Source: Chrysomallon squamiferum | Lineage: Eukaryota > Animalia > Mollusca | Reading direction: 5' to 3' | NCBI GenBank assembly: GCA_012295275.1 | Contig: CM022671.1 | Coordinates: 11,780,001-11,844,000 of the forward strand | Length of the DNA: 64,000 nucleotides | In this document: positions 51,320-64,000 of the stretch, one piece after another | How positions within the stretch are numbered: position 1 is the stretch's first letter | Layout: each line of letters starts with the position of its first letter | The notes under the pieces: model-generated | What the model saw: only the letters and a program-made list of their open reading frames with translations | Told to the model about the DNA's origin: nothing | The model's database searches: none | Position numbers and translations under genes: made by a program

Positions 51320-54300
51320 TAAATTTAAACTAATGGCATTTTTTATTTGAATAATTAAGATGGAAAATGTCAGTATTTAAGATGAAAAAATAAATCAATA
51401 AAATAGATTTTTTAATACAATTTTAAGAAAACAAATTTCAAAAATAATCAACAAAAACAAAAATGATAATAAATAATAATTTTTTTTTAATAATAAACAA
51501 AAAGAATAAGTAAATAAAAACTATTATAGTAACATGAACAAACAATTTAGTCAAAACAGTAATAAACAATAAAAACTAATAATAAAAGAAAAAATGCAAC
51601 ATTAATAATAAAAATAAAAAGAAGAACAACAATAATAAAACAGTATATTTGTTATCAACATAACAATGCATTTACAACATTCATTTTATTGAAGGTAAAG
51701 GTGTATTTCTTCTAATAAAAAAAATAAGAAAAATAAAAAGTATATTTTAAATTAATTTTGTACAAAGAAAAATCACAACTATAATATTATATAAGTAAAA
51801 CTAACTACAGAATTAACTTTAACTTTTAGTATACAATAAAATAAAGAAAATGACATAAATGTAATTTTAAAACAATATATATATAATTTATTTATTAGGA
51901 AATATTCAAATATCAGTAGGAATGTTTATAATATATTAAAAGACTTCCATTCAGTTACATCAGTGATTATCTATCAGAAAAACTATGTTAAGTAATTATA
52001 TATACAGAAATTAACTGAACATTACTGTATTGTAATACTACAAGATTAATCAGTTTTCAGCTAGAGATATTTCACTTGTTTTAAGTTACCAGACTAACAT
52101 ACAGCTAGAAGTAAGTAAATTTTAAATTGGATGAAAAGATGCTACTTCAATTCTTTATGTTAAAAGCAAAGTGTAAATGTAAGCCACACAATTATGAGTT
52201 GTTAGTAACAGGTTTTTGTATATGTATGCATGGAATGCATGATGTTTGTGTCCATGGGCATGTTAAAAAAAAGCATTTGTATACCTGTTTGTATTGCATT
52301 CCACATATCAGTATATTCTCCACTGAAAAGAACTGTTATCAATGAACTCATATTAAGACCAAATTAATACAAGTATCAAGCTTATTACACACTTACATTC
52401 AGTTGTTAGTCACAGCTTCTCAATTCAAATCTTTATGAGGCTATATAGAAAAGTGATGTGTTTTATGTTTTAGGAAATATATACAAGTGTTTGGTGTGTA
52501 AGTCTTGTTACAAAATATATGATATAATGTATTTATTAGTACAAGCTTATATTAGTATATATCAGGATTATAATAGTCATATGTAGAAAAAGCATATAGA
52601 TATTAATATATACTATTAGACTTTATAATAAAAAAATAACAATCTATAAAATACATTAAGATGTTGTAATAAATCATAATTATAGAACAAAAGCTTATAG
52701 CATAAACAGACACACACAAGATATATGTACATACATATATATAATTTTACTTAATCAGCATTAAAACATGCTTTAAATCCCAGTCATATTTGAAATTTCA
52801 CTATCAATGTTTAGCAAAATTGAGATGTAGTAAAGAGGTAACAGCTGATAATCATTACCAATGAACACAAACAGATATCAGATTTTAATTATGTCTGTAG
52901 TATCATGGTAAGGCTGTGATACAAAATTTGTAGTGAGTGAATATTGTATCTTACACAGAGAGAGATGTATTCAGATGACATGTATTAACTTTTACTATCA
53001 CTTTAAACCGATGGATTGAAATTATCTATCATGTTAGAATCAAGTTTCTATAAATTATACAATATTATAGCTTATATATATATATACTAGCTATATATTG
53101 TAAAATACAAAGAAATATGATTCTAACATGATAGTTAATTTCAGTAAGTAATCTCAATATACAGTAAAAAGGTATAATTTATTAGCTAAAATTTATATTT
53201 ACTACTAATAAAAAAAGTAAGTAGATAAAATAAATAAAAAATTAAAAGTAATTAAAAGCAATACTAAAGAAAACAATATATCAAATAAATTTAAATATAA
53301 AATAAAAAAGTAAACAGTAAATAATGTAATTTATATTTTATAAACAACTGACATAAAAGTAATATAAATATATAAATAGAATAAAATAAAATAAAATTAT
53401 TTTAAAATAATATGAAGAAAAATAAAATAAAATAATATATATGAACTAAATAAAGAAAAAAGAAAGAAAATGAAAGATAAATAAAAGAAAATTATATTAA
53501 AAGCAAAAAACAAAAATAAAGAAATTAAAAATAAGTAAATAACAAAAATAAATTAATTAAAAATAAGTAAATATAATATATTAATTTATATCAAAAACCA
53601 AATGTATGCTTTAAATTATTTTTGTTAGCTTGAATATATAAAATTGTAGAAGAGATACTGTGTTACATCAGTAATCTGTTAATATATTAACTTAACTTAC
53701 TATTAGGTGAGAAGGAGGAAAAAAAGCCAACTTACACAACTGTCATGAGAAGAAAGTTTAGAAGTTAATGAATTATTATTTTTGTGTTAAAAACTTCACT
53801 AACCTGTTGTCATATCTGGACTCCACTCCTGTTCTCCTGTTCCCCACATCCAGAATCGATCTCTCTGTCCCATGCGACTGCCATGACCATGTGACCCCAT
53901 CACTGTCTTTACTACAAACATCAGTGACATTATAAAAAAGTGTGTAAACACACAAATGCATACATACTTATGTTTGTACTGTGTATATATATTTATAAAT
54001 AAATACAGTTTTTTTCTTTTGTTATGTTTATAAATAATTAAAATTAAAATTACCAGTCTCAGAACTAGTGATAGAAGATGAAAGCTGGTTGTACATGTTG
54101 TTCATTACGGATCTGGACTCAGACTGTGAAGGTGAACGGCTGTGACTTTCAAACATACCATCTTGTCTGCATTGAAAACACACACAAAAGTTATTATAGT
54201 AACTTACTTCTGTATTACAAATATTAACTACTTTATTACTATAAGTTATTTACTTGTTTCTGAAACAGTTTTTTGAATTGATACCAATCATTAATATATC

Positions 54301-57300
54301 TTCGTATATACAAATATTTAATCCCTAGAAAAACTCTAAACAGAAGTTACTTATAAAATATAATAGATATAATTACAAATATTGTGTTATTATACTGGTG
54401 AAAAGCAAAGGTTTAATACTGTGTAACTATCTTTTTATTACAAATTTAGCTAATAACATTTACCAGTCTCAACTTTAGAAGATATCAATTGTGGAGTGGC
54501 CATTTAACATTAAAAGCATTTCTTAAATATCAGGAATATATTAATGGAGTTACCACTAAATGATAATAACAAAATTACAATATAAAATAATTATGTTAAT
54601 AAAATTTTAATAGTGGCTTCATTTTTGTACTTTGTGACTGTTATTATTATGTTATTTCATTCCTTGCAGACTGAATAAATGATTATGATTTCAGTACTGT
54701 TGTCAGAAAAATATTTAATTTGTACTCAAGTGTGTAATTATCTAAATGTTCAAGGTTATATTATAATAACCCATAAAGATCTGAATGCCTGAATTTCTCT
54801 TAAAACAGCAAACTTTCAAAGAGCAGAAAACATATCACATCAAAGTGGTTTAAGGCTGAAAGTTAAAAATAAATAAAATCACAAACCCAAAGGAGTCTGC
54901 TGTCTCAGTTTCCACACTCTCCTGTCTTGATATTGATATCCTTTTTCTTACCACAGCCAACTGAGCTGCCTGCAACAGAATGTTAGAAACACTTTAGTTC
55001 ATTTCATGGTTTCTTTGTTTCTAATAATCAGATTTTGAAAAATTCAAAACTACATTATATTTAACATTTCAGTACAGGATTAGTCTGAATTCAGTCTGAC
55101 ATTTTTACCAGTTTTGACTAGAACATCCTATAACAATGTTTGAAGAATATTAGTCTGCAAAAATGGTATTCCTTCCAAGCTGGCTTTATCAAAGACCTTG
55201 GTATTTACTTTCCTGTTTAAGAGAATATGTTATTTGATAGACCACAGACTGAGGATTCTTTCAGCAGATTTTATCACATATCTATTTCTGAAACTAAAAA
55301 TGTTATATGTTGAGGAACTGTTACATGAATACTCATTATTTTATTCAGTCATCTGTTTATAGTTTCAGTGCTCCTGGTCATGTTATTTCACTCTAATATA
55401 AAGACCTCTGGCTAATTCCACCCACAAAAGAATATTTAAAATGAAGATAAAAATGTCACCTGGACAACTTCTGGGGTGAGGGTCTGCAGGCCATAGTCAT
55501 GTTCTTTATCTGAGTGGTAGCTTGAAGACTGGATGTGGACATGATGAGTCTGCACTGCAGCACCATGGGGATCTGAAAAAAAAATATATATTTTTATTTC
55601 AATATTTCTGTTAGTAGTAAATAAAGTTTATTTTCATTTTATAATCCTCCTAATCAAATGATTAATTTCTGTCTGTTTCGTTTCACAGATTCCTTATAAA
55701 AAAAAACTATAGAAGTAATAATAATAAAAACAAAAGTTTATTCACAAATTAACAAATATTTTGTATTTTTAGCTGATCAACAAATATTGATATTTTTTCT
55801 ATTTATTAAACAGACTAACTGTAATATACTGAAAACAAAAACCCAACATTAATAACGAATTAGGTTCAATTCACCATAAAGTAATATAAAAATTATAAAA
55901 TAATTTTAAAAAAAAGGCAATTACAAACCCGTTGGAAAGGCATGTACCCATCTCCTGCGATTTGAAGTCATTTTAAACCTCATTCGTGATGGTGCGAATG
56001 GATTTATGAGGGCTCTGTGTGGTCTGTAGTTAAAAAGTGACCGACGTGAGTGACCAATAGGTGACCCAGCACTACCAACCACCAGACGTCTGCAGGAATA
56101 TTCCTCACCTTCAGAGGAGTCCACTGATCCACACATCACTATCTTTTCTATAAAATTATTTTAAATATGTCCACGCTAATACATTCTTGAAGGCTTTTTA
56201 AAAAGTATTTATCTTTCTTGGATCAATCAGGGTAGCATCTGCCTACTTTTTATATTTTTTTATTATTATTATTACTTTTTTTATTTTATGTTCTTTATAA
56301 TGAAACCTTTTTTATACTGAAAGTTAATTGTAATTATTAGAGAAACATCTTTATATAAGCTGTGCCTGATGACCAATCCCATTTGTTAACAGAAACAGAA
56401 ACAAATGTAAAGATGAACAATAATAACATAGAAACATAATACAAATCTAATAACTCTGTGGGTAATTTATTCCAGCTAGTATCACTGACATTTTTCTTTT
56501 GATAATAATAAAGTCTGACAATAACATATTTGTTTTGATAATAATAAAGTCTGACAATAACATATAGCTGTATAATATTTTCTTTTGATAATAATAATAA
56601 ATTGTGACAATAAAATATTGCTGCATTATATTTCTCATCTTTTAAAATTTACATGTTCACAAACCTTGTTTTGGGTAACAACCCACTGAGGAGGAAACGT
56701 CATCTCCACTACTTGATCTTGAAGGAATGCTCACTGCTGGTGAGGCGCTGCTGTTGCTAATCAACTGCGACATGCTGTGGTTACTAGTTACGTGTGACAT
56801 GTTACTAGCAACATCATTGTTAGTTCTCTCTTCAGCTATCTCTGAGTTTTCACTGACAAACTCATCAGACAAGTTTCTGGTTCGTGGCGGATGACACTGC
56901 CGAGCCTCACTGAGCGTCTTAGGCTGACTTCTGCCTTTCTCAGCAGTAAACAGATTTGAACTTCTGCTGAAACTGGAAAAAAAACACCAAACAAATATTC
57001 AGATATACACACAAAGTATATCATAAAATGTTTATATATAATCACGTTTACATAAATATACACACATTCATAGAAATATTCTCACTCAGACACACTCACT
57101 CTAACATACCGACATATATTATTAACAGATACAATTTTTGGAGTATATTATTTTCTGCTGATAAAACAGCTGAATTCAGTTCCAGTTCTGGTAAAAAAAA
57201 AATCTGCCCCCAAATTTACTTACTTTTTGTAAATGGATCTGTAATACAGAACCTAAAAATTAGTTTTTAATATATATAAAATATAACATTAATATTAAAA

Positions 57301-58047
57301 GTTACGTATCTCTATCTTGCCTTTTTGCATTCTGTGATATTTATACTTGACACAGAACAAAATTCATTTAATATTTCAGACTTACGAAACTCGTGTGCTG
57401 CTTCTTGATGGCAGTTTGAAAATCTGTGAATCATATTCCTTGTAGTCCACAAAAGGAAACTTATCATCATCTGAATCATATGACGTTGTAGAAATGGCAT
57501 CTGAAATAAAATATTTAATAATAAACAACAGCAAATTCTAAAAATAAAGTAATAAATACTACTGCTTTTTACTAAATATGTAATTAAAATAGTTTTGAGT
57601 GATAATGTAAATACAATTTCAATACTGAATGCTTTTTTCATTTATTATTAAAGATTAATCTTTACTAAAAATAAAATATGTCTACAATGCAACATGCCCA
57701 GCTGTACTGCCTACTTGCACTACATATAAGAAGTACACTGTCAGTATATATATATATATAATATATAATATATATAAATTTGTTTGTGTTGTTTCATTTG
57801 AAATACTTGTTTAATTAATGAATTAGCTTTTTTGAAGTTTAATATTTTTAGAAAATTTCTGAATAACATACCTTTGGTTTCATTGAGTGGTCTTTCAGCC
57901 AGTCTCTGTAGCTATAAAAAATAGATATATATTAAAATTACATTAGAAATACATTAGCAACAATTAAACTAACAATATGAGATTTTATTATTAAATATGT
58001 TTGGATGAGTAATTTTATTATTACAGTCATTATTATTATCATCATCA

Positions 58048-58113
<66 letters not shown>

Positions 58114-59091
58114 TTATTTTCAGTTTATGAAATGTTTAAGATGAAAGAATGATTTGATAGTGTTTACTAAATCTCAAAATGTAGATCTAAAAGTAATAGA
58201 TATGTCTGACCATACCAGTTGAGGTGGAGGTTTTATTCTTGGGACAAATGAAGCATTGTTGTGCATCTCTATTTGATTCTTGGAGGCATAGTAACTGAAA
58301 AACACGATAAAACAAATTGTTAACCAATGCAATTCCATCCAGTATTATCAAATAATTGCACAAAAGTATGAAGTATGAAAAAAAGTCTCATTCACAGTTT
58401 TAATATTACTGATAAATGTTTGTTGAAACTGCCAGGTTGGATTGTTTGAAATAAATATAAATATCCATCAGTTGTAAAATGTGGAGATGCAACTCAAAAT
58501 GTAACTTTCGCACTGTATAATGATAACAAAATATTATTATTATACCACCAATGTTTGCTAACAATAAAGTTTGTCAATAAAAAATCAGTGAGCAAGTAAC
58601 TGTTACAATTCAGTGTGAGATGTGTTTTTAACACACTAACCTGTGATTCATCCAGTGTGGAATGTTATAGTCATCACCCACTTCAATAGAACTAGCAGAG
58701 TTGCTGCTGTGAAACTGAAATAAATAAATAATAATAATAATAAAAATAAAAATCTTTTCTTGTCCTAATATTAATGAGAATTAGAAGACAGCATGATCAA
58801 TTGTTTACAGTATACTTTTGGTGCAATTTTCCATTCCAACCAGTCACATGACTGATATATAGAAGCTGTGACATCTATCTGTCTATCTATATACATAATC
58901 TTCTTTAGAAAAGTACATGCATAAAGATTTCTTGCTGCAAATCTTTAAAGATCAAAAGTAATTCTGAAACTGTATAACTGCTAATGAAAAAATAATTCAA
59001 GTGTAATTTGTAGAAATATTGTAATATACATTTTTTATTTTACATTAAAACTGTTGCAAGAAAAAGAAATGTATTAATTTTTAACTTTTGG

Positions 59092-59136
<45 letters not shown>

Positions 59137-59849
59137 AAAAAGGAAATGAGAATGAAACAAATATTTAAAACTGACTTCTTGGTTACATGGAAATATTTTT
59201 ATTTTTTAAATATTTTTTATGACATTACCTTGAAGAGAGGGGCTGCGTGAAGTGGCTGTTCACCCATACACACGAGATCACTGCCAACACCTGCCAACCA
59301 GAATTATTTACATTTAATTACAATGTTAAATATTTACATTTAATTACAATATTAACTATTTACATTTAATTACAATATTAATTATTTACATTTACTTACA
59401 ATATTAATTATTTACATTTATTTACAATATTAACTATTTCATTTAATTACAATATTAACTATTTACATTTACTTACAATATTAATTATTTATATTATCTT
59501 ACAACAGGAATTATTTATATTTACTTACAATATTAATTATATATATTTAAATATAATATTAATTATTTATATTTAAATATAGTAACTATTTTTATTTACT
59601 TGTTGAAACACTTTATCTGTAGGTGTATATGCTTCACATATTTGATCAAATTAATTTTGTAAATAAAATAATCATAAAGGCATTTTCCAGTCAAAGATGA
59701 TTTTAACACAAAGCAGGCAAACTTATGAGATACTGTGTTTAACCTGGAACTTGAAAACAAACCTCTGTATGCAGTACAGCCCAAGATCTTTTATATATTC
59801 CTGTCATTAAAAAACTATTTTGTTGTCTTTTCACTTTCAACATATTTAC

Positions 59850-59908
<59 letters not shown>

Positions 59909-62900
59909 TTATGATGATGATGATGACAATGATAATGATGATAATGACAATAACAACAACAACAATAATAATAATAACAACAGTTTTTAAAATCTGCTGC
60001 TCTAAATCAACCATATTCAAGAGAATTTTTAAGGAAATAATACACTGAATTTCAGGAAGGTTTATGAGTGTAAAGATTAATGTGAACTTACCACAGTCAA
60101 TAGTTCTCTGTTTAGTGATGTTTGTCAGTTCTCTGTTCACTTCAAACACACCAGGGCCAGGTGTAATCACCACAGAAACCTTTCCAGTTCGGTCAAAGTT
60201 ACGATCAAGATAATAGTTCTCAAACACTACAATAATAAAATAAAATGAAATAAAATAAAATAAAACTATTTCTCTCTCTCTCTCTCTCTCTCTCTCGCTC
60301 TCTCTCAAATTTACTTAACTTTTACAATGTATAACTTATTGAATAAATATTTAAAAGTCAGACAAAATAATTCAGTATATATTATACTGGAATAATGGAA
60401 TTTCATCAAAATGCAATGACACGAAAGTAACACTATTCATAATATAACTATTCAAATATATTAACAAATATCTATAACTATTAAAATAATTACTGCACAT
60501 AACTAATAAATGTCTAAAAGACAAGTAATAAAACAAATTATCATACATAACAAATAAATATCTGTAATATAACTATTAAAATAAATTACTCCAATTCTTT
60601 CCAACATACAGTTATCAGACGTGGTTGGACATTTATTTATTTTCAAACAAATGAATGCAAAGCAGATTTTACTTACAGTTGAGTGACATATTCAAAGTTT
60701 CAAGAAAATTTCCTTGAGCTGCAGTGGAGTTCCAGGATCTGGGCACATGAAATCCCTCATTTTCATGATACTGGACAACTCTCTCATTGTAGTTATTGAA
60801 ATATTTCCTCAGACGTTTCAGAGTGTTTGTCCATTCATCATACCTCTCATTCTGTATGACCACTCTAAAACAAGAATGAGGTTCAAAAATGAGAACAACG
60901 TTAAATATGTTTCTAATCTTGACTGTTCTTTTCAATTATTTATTTCATATTTAATAATCTGATTTATTTAATATGCATATATTTAGTAACATTAATATCT
61001 GTGACCTGTAAAAATCTTCAAATATTCGGCCATGGTGGTCAATTTGAAGGCATTCTCTTATTCGTGAAGGAAAGTCATCTGAAATTAAAATATTTCATCT
61101 GAAAATATGTAACATCCAAATTTGTATGTATAAAAAAAATACAAAATCAGCATACTGTTTTTCTAAGCATTGTTAATTTTTATTTAATAATTTCCTTTGA
61201 TTTTAGTTTTATTTACTTTAAACTTCTTTTATAATCTTTTATTTAATTTTTTTTTTTTTTTTTTTTTTTAAATCTTAAAACAAAATTATAATTTAATTTT
61301 TTGAAAGATGAAATTAGTTTCATCAACAAAAGATAGTTGGGTGAAATTTATGATTTGTAATAAAATATGTCTTGTAATTATTACTCTATCATACTAACCA
61401 AGTGACTTTGCATCATAGAATGTTCTAGAGAATAACACAATTGTCACATCATGACAGCAGTTCTGTTCCTAAATCATATAATAAAACCATAGATCTGATA
61501 CATTTTTGTACACTTCATAATCATATTTGTTGTCATATACAATTTATTTTTTTAATATAAAATAAAATAAGATAAAATGCAGTAAATATTAAGGAAAATG
61601 CAAGTTTTGAATAATGAGTAAAAACAGAATTTTAAAATCAGTTTAAACATCATGCTTAATTTTACTTATGAATATAGAAAAATAAGGTTTATATTAACTT
61701 CTTAGTAAAATCTCAATTACATATAGGAAAATAAAAATAATAATAAATGAAAACAAATTACAATAAAATATATAATAAATAAAAAGTGAAATGAGGTCAT
61801 CACACATATTTCAAGAATTGAAATATACCTTCCATTTTGCAAACAGATCTGTGAGAAAGCCATTGACAGCTTTTTCAAAATAGAGATCACCATTGATGTC
61901 AAAATCCCACATTTCTGAGCTCATCTGGATGAAGATTTGAACAACTGCTGTCGATGATCTGAACACAATCTGCAAATTAAATCACAAAACTGAAATAAAT
62001 TTATCTGTTGTAAATAAAACAACCAATCAGACAAACAAACTACTAAAAACAGAAAATAAATATTAAGTCAATAATAAGAGAAAAACTGCAGATGTAATTT
62101 CACTGATCTCATTCTGCCTAACGTAATGAAGATATTTCTATAAAAAATTAAAATCAAAGGTCAGTCATTTAGTTTTGATCTTCATTAAAGATTTATAAAA
62201 AAAAAAAAAAATCAACAGAACCTAATATTTATTGATTTGAAATGAGTCAAGGTAATAAAATAAGAGAAATATTTACTCTTGTGTTGTCCCAAATAACTCC
62301 ACATGTCACTCTGTCTCCCTTAGACCACATTTCATTCACCTGAGCTCTGAATGGAAAATAGAAAATCAAAATTACATTAAATACTCATTAAGATAAATAG
62401 TTTTGTTTATAAAAGGGGATAAACACACACTGTTCCTTTATTTTTATTAAGTTCAAAATGGTTCTTAATATATATATTTAAGTACTTTATCCTAAATTTT
62501 CTGTTTGCAGATAAAATACAATTGTACAACCACTACTGCAGAATTATAATAATTTATGTTAGATAATAATATTTCAGCATAAATACTTTAGGAAATAACA
62601 TTTATCCACCAAAATGGGTGGTCTGTTCTGCTTACCGCATCTCTGCAAATTTGACCTTTTTATTCAGATAAACACATGTTCCAACCTAAAACAACAACAA
62701 GAAGACAAATCCCATAAAAATAAATATCAAAGAATCAATAGAACTATTTTGGATATTTACTAAATGAGCAATTATTAATGTTACTGTTTATTAACTTAAA
62801 ACATATTTCTCCTGTTGTGAGGCAATATTAATCAAATTGTTGTTTTTGTAAGAAATCTTATTAAATTGAATTCTTTTTTTTTTAAGAATAAGCCAGTGGT

Positions 62901-63751
62901 AAGTAGGGACTTATCTAATAAATAAAAAAAGATAAACAACTCAGAATTCTACCTAACCAGTGAAAATGATAGAACTATTTCAACAATTACTGGACTGTAG
63001 GTATGTAACAAGATAGATCTCATACCAGATTTTGTCTCAGTCTCCACATATCACTGCGGCTGTAATACTGTTCCTTGTACAACAACTCAACCAGATCAAG
63101 AGCAACATTCTGAAATAAATCAAGTAATAACACACCTTATGTTTAAAGTTGTGGTGAAAAAAAAAGAAAACAAAAGCAGATAATCCATGTCTGGAATTTC
63201 TAAAAATAAACATTTAAAATTTGAGGTTTTTAATTTTTATTTTAATTACCTTCGGATCAATTTTGTTAACACAGATATCTTTGTATGCTCTCAGTTGAAA
63301 TGTGTTTGCTATGGATTGCTCAATGCTCACTGTGTCTAAAACAACAAAAAACATGAAAATAAAATAAATCTTAATTACATTATTATTTTAAAAACAAATT
63401 AAATTTATTCATAAATACTTTTGACTATAAATGTTTCAATATTGTGAATGTGGTAAAACAAAAAAGTAAATTAAAAAGCAAAAAATATTATGCTTCAAAA
63501 GGAATGCATACAACAGGCACTGTATGCAGCTGCTTCAAATTTAACTGTATATAAAATCAGAATGTTAGAAATTTTGTGATTCCAATTATTCCAATTCAAA
63601 TTAAACACATTACAGAGGTTTTAAAAAAAATTAATGTTAACTTTTGTGCTTTTTATCATTAAGTAAATTGACTGGAAAATGAAAAGCTTAAAATAAAATA
63701 CCTTTCTGCTGGAAATCCTCTGACAGTGACTGAATCTGTAGCAGCAGTCTT
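37975..63751 (-). CDS. DEPDC5: GATOR1 subunit DEPDC5/Iml1 (NTD-SABA-SHEN-DEP-CTD); 5'-partial, ~1500 aa in window
   Basis: 37 phase-consistent GT-AG exons (5' to 3'): 63751-63702, 63335-63250, 63109-63026, 62685-62636, 62346-62277, 61969-61829, 61468-61399, 61078-61006, 60864-60677, 60226-60092, 59290-59229, 58714-58641, 58294-58216, 57911-57872, 57500-57386, 56972-56665, 56147-55929, 55572-55460, 54969-54887, 54166-54054, 53911-53804, 48157-48016, 47463-47370, 47015-46902, 46481-46396, 45916-45742, 45462-45380, 45145-45031, 44692-44619, 43535-43461, 42992-42860, 42446-42341, 41621-41385, 39789-39629, 39180-39015, 38720-38660, 38401-37975 (TGA). Motifs: '[35 protein letters not shown]', '[24 protein letters not shown]', '[17 protein letters not shown]', '[23 protein letters not shown]', '[22 protein letters not shown]', '[14 protein letters not shown]', DEP 'FIYGFY', CTD '[26 protein letters not shown]'. 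Confidence 0.95.
40797..40823 (-). CDS. Candidate 27-nt symmetric microexon of DEPDC5 (GKIIMWTEN)
   Basis: ttttcag|GCAAGATAATTATGTGGACAGAAAATG|gtgagt; phase 1-1, stop-free, inside the phase-1 intron 41384-39790. Confidence 0.6.
43585..44318. repeat. Minisatellite (~38-42 bp unit, ~17-18 copies)
   Basis: Unit ctgatgattattcatgtaatagttgtaatataac(agacagat/atacagtt); fills most of the DEPDC5 intron 44618-43536. Confidence 0.95.
46081..46415 (-). repeat. Degenerate ~70-85 bp tandem repeat made of a DEPDC5 exon end plus its donor site (5 copies)
   Basis: Copies start at ~46081, 46157, 46241, 46318 and 46387; the copy at 46241-46269 (tagacaaacctgggtctgtatcttgtcac) is identical to the real exon/donor junction at 46387-46415. 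Confidence 0.85.
49620..50290. repeat. Highly degenerate tandem repeat (cagaatatactagtat-like units)
   Basis: Recurrent agaatatactag/cagaatatacc words, plus a near-exact ~56-bp duplication at ~49660-49770. Confidence 0.7.
50387..50410 (-). CDS. Candidate 24-nt symmetric microexon of DEPDC5 (S/G-TDTAVVI)
   Basis: tctctttaattcttgggcag|GCACTGATACTGCAGTTGTTATTG|gtgatg; phase 1-1, stop-free. Confidence 0.4.
50685..50795 (-). CDS. Candidate 111-nt cassette exon of DEPDC5 ([37 protein letters not shown])
   Basis: ctcttgttgttaacag|GC TGG GAC TGG CGA CCA CTG ACA...GGA ATA A|gtatgt; phase 1-1, stop-free, exon-like GC content; starts with a paralogue of the GVDWKSLT motif of exon 48157. Confidence 0.65.
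52285..52322 (-). CDS. Candidate 38-nt DEPDC5 exon ([13 protein letters not shown]), phase 2 to 1
   Basis: gttcttttcag|T GGA GAA TAT ACT GAT ATG TGG AAT GCA ATA CAA ACA G|gtatac; resembles the end of exon 53911-53804 ([12 protein letters not shown]). Confidence 0.4.
59325..59590. repeat. AT-rich minisatellite (~26 bp unit)
   Basis: Unit tatttacatttaattacaatattaa(c/t), repeated ~9-10 times next to the DEPDC5 acceptor at 59291. Confidence 0.85.
59849..59980. repeat. (AAT)n/(GAT)n/(AAC)n compound trinucleotide microsatellite
   Basis: Seen directly; explains the poly-Ile stretch of ORF 59739..60308. Confidence 0.9.
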
Positions 63752-64000
63752 CTACAAGATAAAAATATTGTTTTTGAGTATTTAGGGGTTTCAATTTGAT
63801 TTTTAATTAAAAAAGAATTTTGAAAGGAAAATTTTTTAATAAATATTTAGTAGCATGCAAACAAATCATTAATTTTATTATATTATATGGTTAAAAATAG
63901 AAATTAAATATCTTCATTAATCATTTCCAGTTTTAATATGTAACAATCACTTCAGTTGTTATTTTTTTTTTTTTTTTTGTGGTTTCTTTTTGTATGTTTG

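Noticed and set aside
54461-54475. Second copy of 'taccagtctc' (exon 54054 donor context) suggesting a 9-nt microexon
   Set aside because: In the required phase 2 it reads GGT TGA (stop) and the acceptor is weak; likely a chance 10-bp match.
1-64000. U12-type (AT-AC or GTATCCT) or GC-AG introns, tRNA/rRNA genes, intact transposon ORFs
   Set aside because: All reconstructed introns are GT-AG without the U12 5' consensus; no RNA-gene or RT/transposase signatures recognised by eye.

Overview
AT-rich, intron-dense animal genomic DNA with no prokaryotic features. It is probably lophotrochozoan/molluscan, judged only from gene content, microsatellite load and SINE-like remnants; the taxon is an inference. 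Four protein-coding genes can be rebuilt exon by exon with GT-AG introns and consistent phases: (1) a BCR/ABR-family RhoGEF(DH)-PH-C2-RhoGAP gene (+, <1..28443, 22 exons, start upstream of the window); (2) SNAP29 (-, 32883..34437, 3 exons, 260 aa); (3) MND1 (+, 35052..37402, 6 exons, 205 aa), head-to-head with SNAP29; (4) DEPDC5/Iml1, a GATOR1 subunit (-, 37975..>64000, 37 constitutive exons seen, start outside the window). Almost all other ORFs in the track are microsatellite or AT-rich noise. The most interesting unexplained structure concerns splicing. First, a 5.6-kb DEPDC5 intron at the start of the SHEN domain holds a phase-compatible series of candidate cassette and micro-exons (4, 38, 111, 24 nt and weaker ones) that appear to re-encode a diverged copy of the conserved TG-x-DW-K/R-x-LT junction motif. 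Second, the 13-kb first BCR intron holds three candidate alternative first exons that would give short ABR-sized isoforms. Third, several minisatellites are built from duplicated intron-exon junctions, including 9 tandem copies of one splice acceptor. All alternative-exon calls are sequence-only predictions and need RNA-seq.
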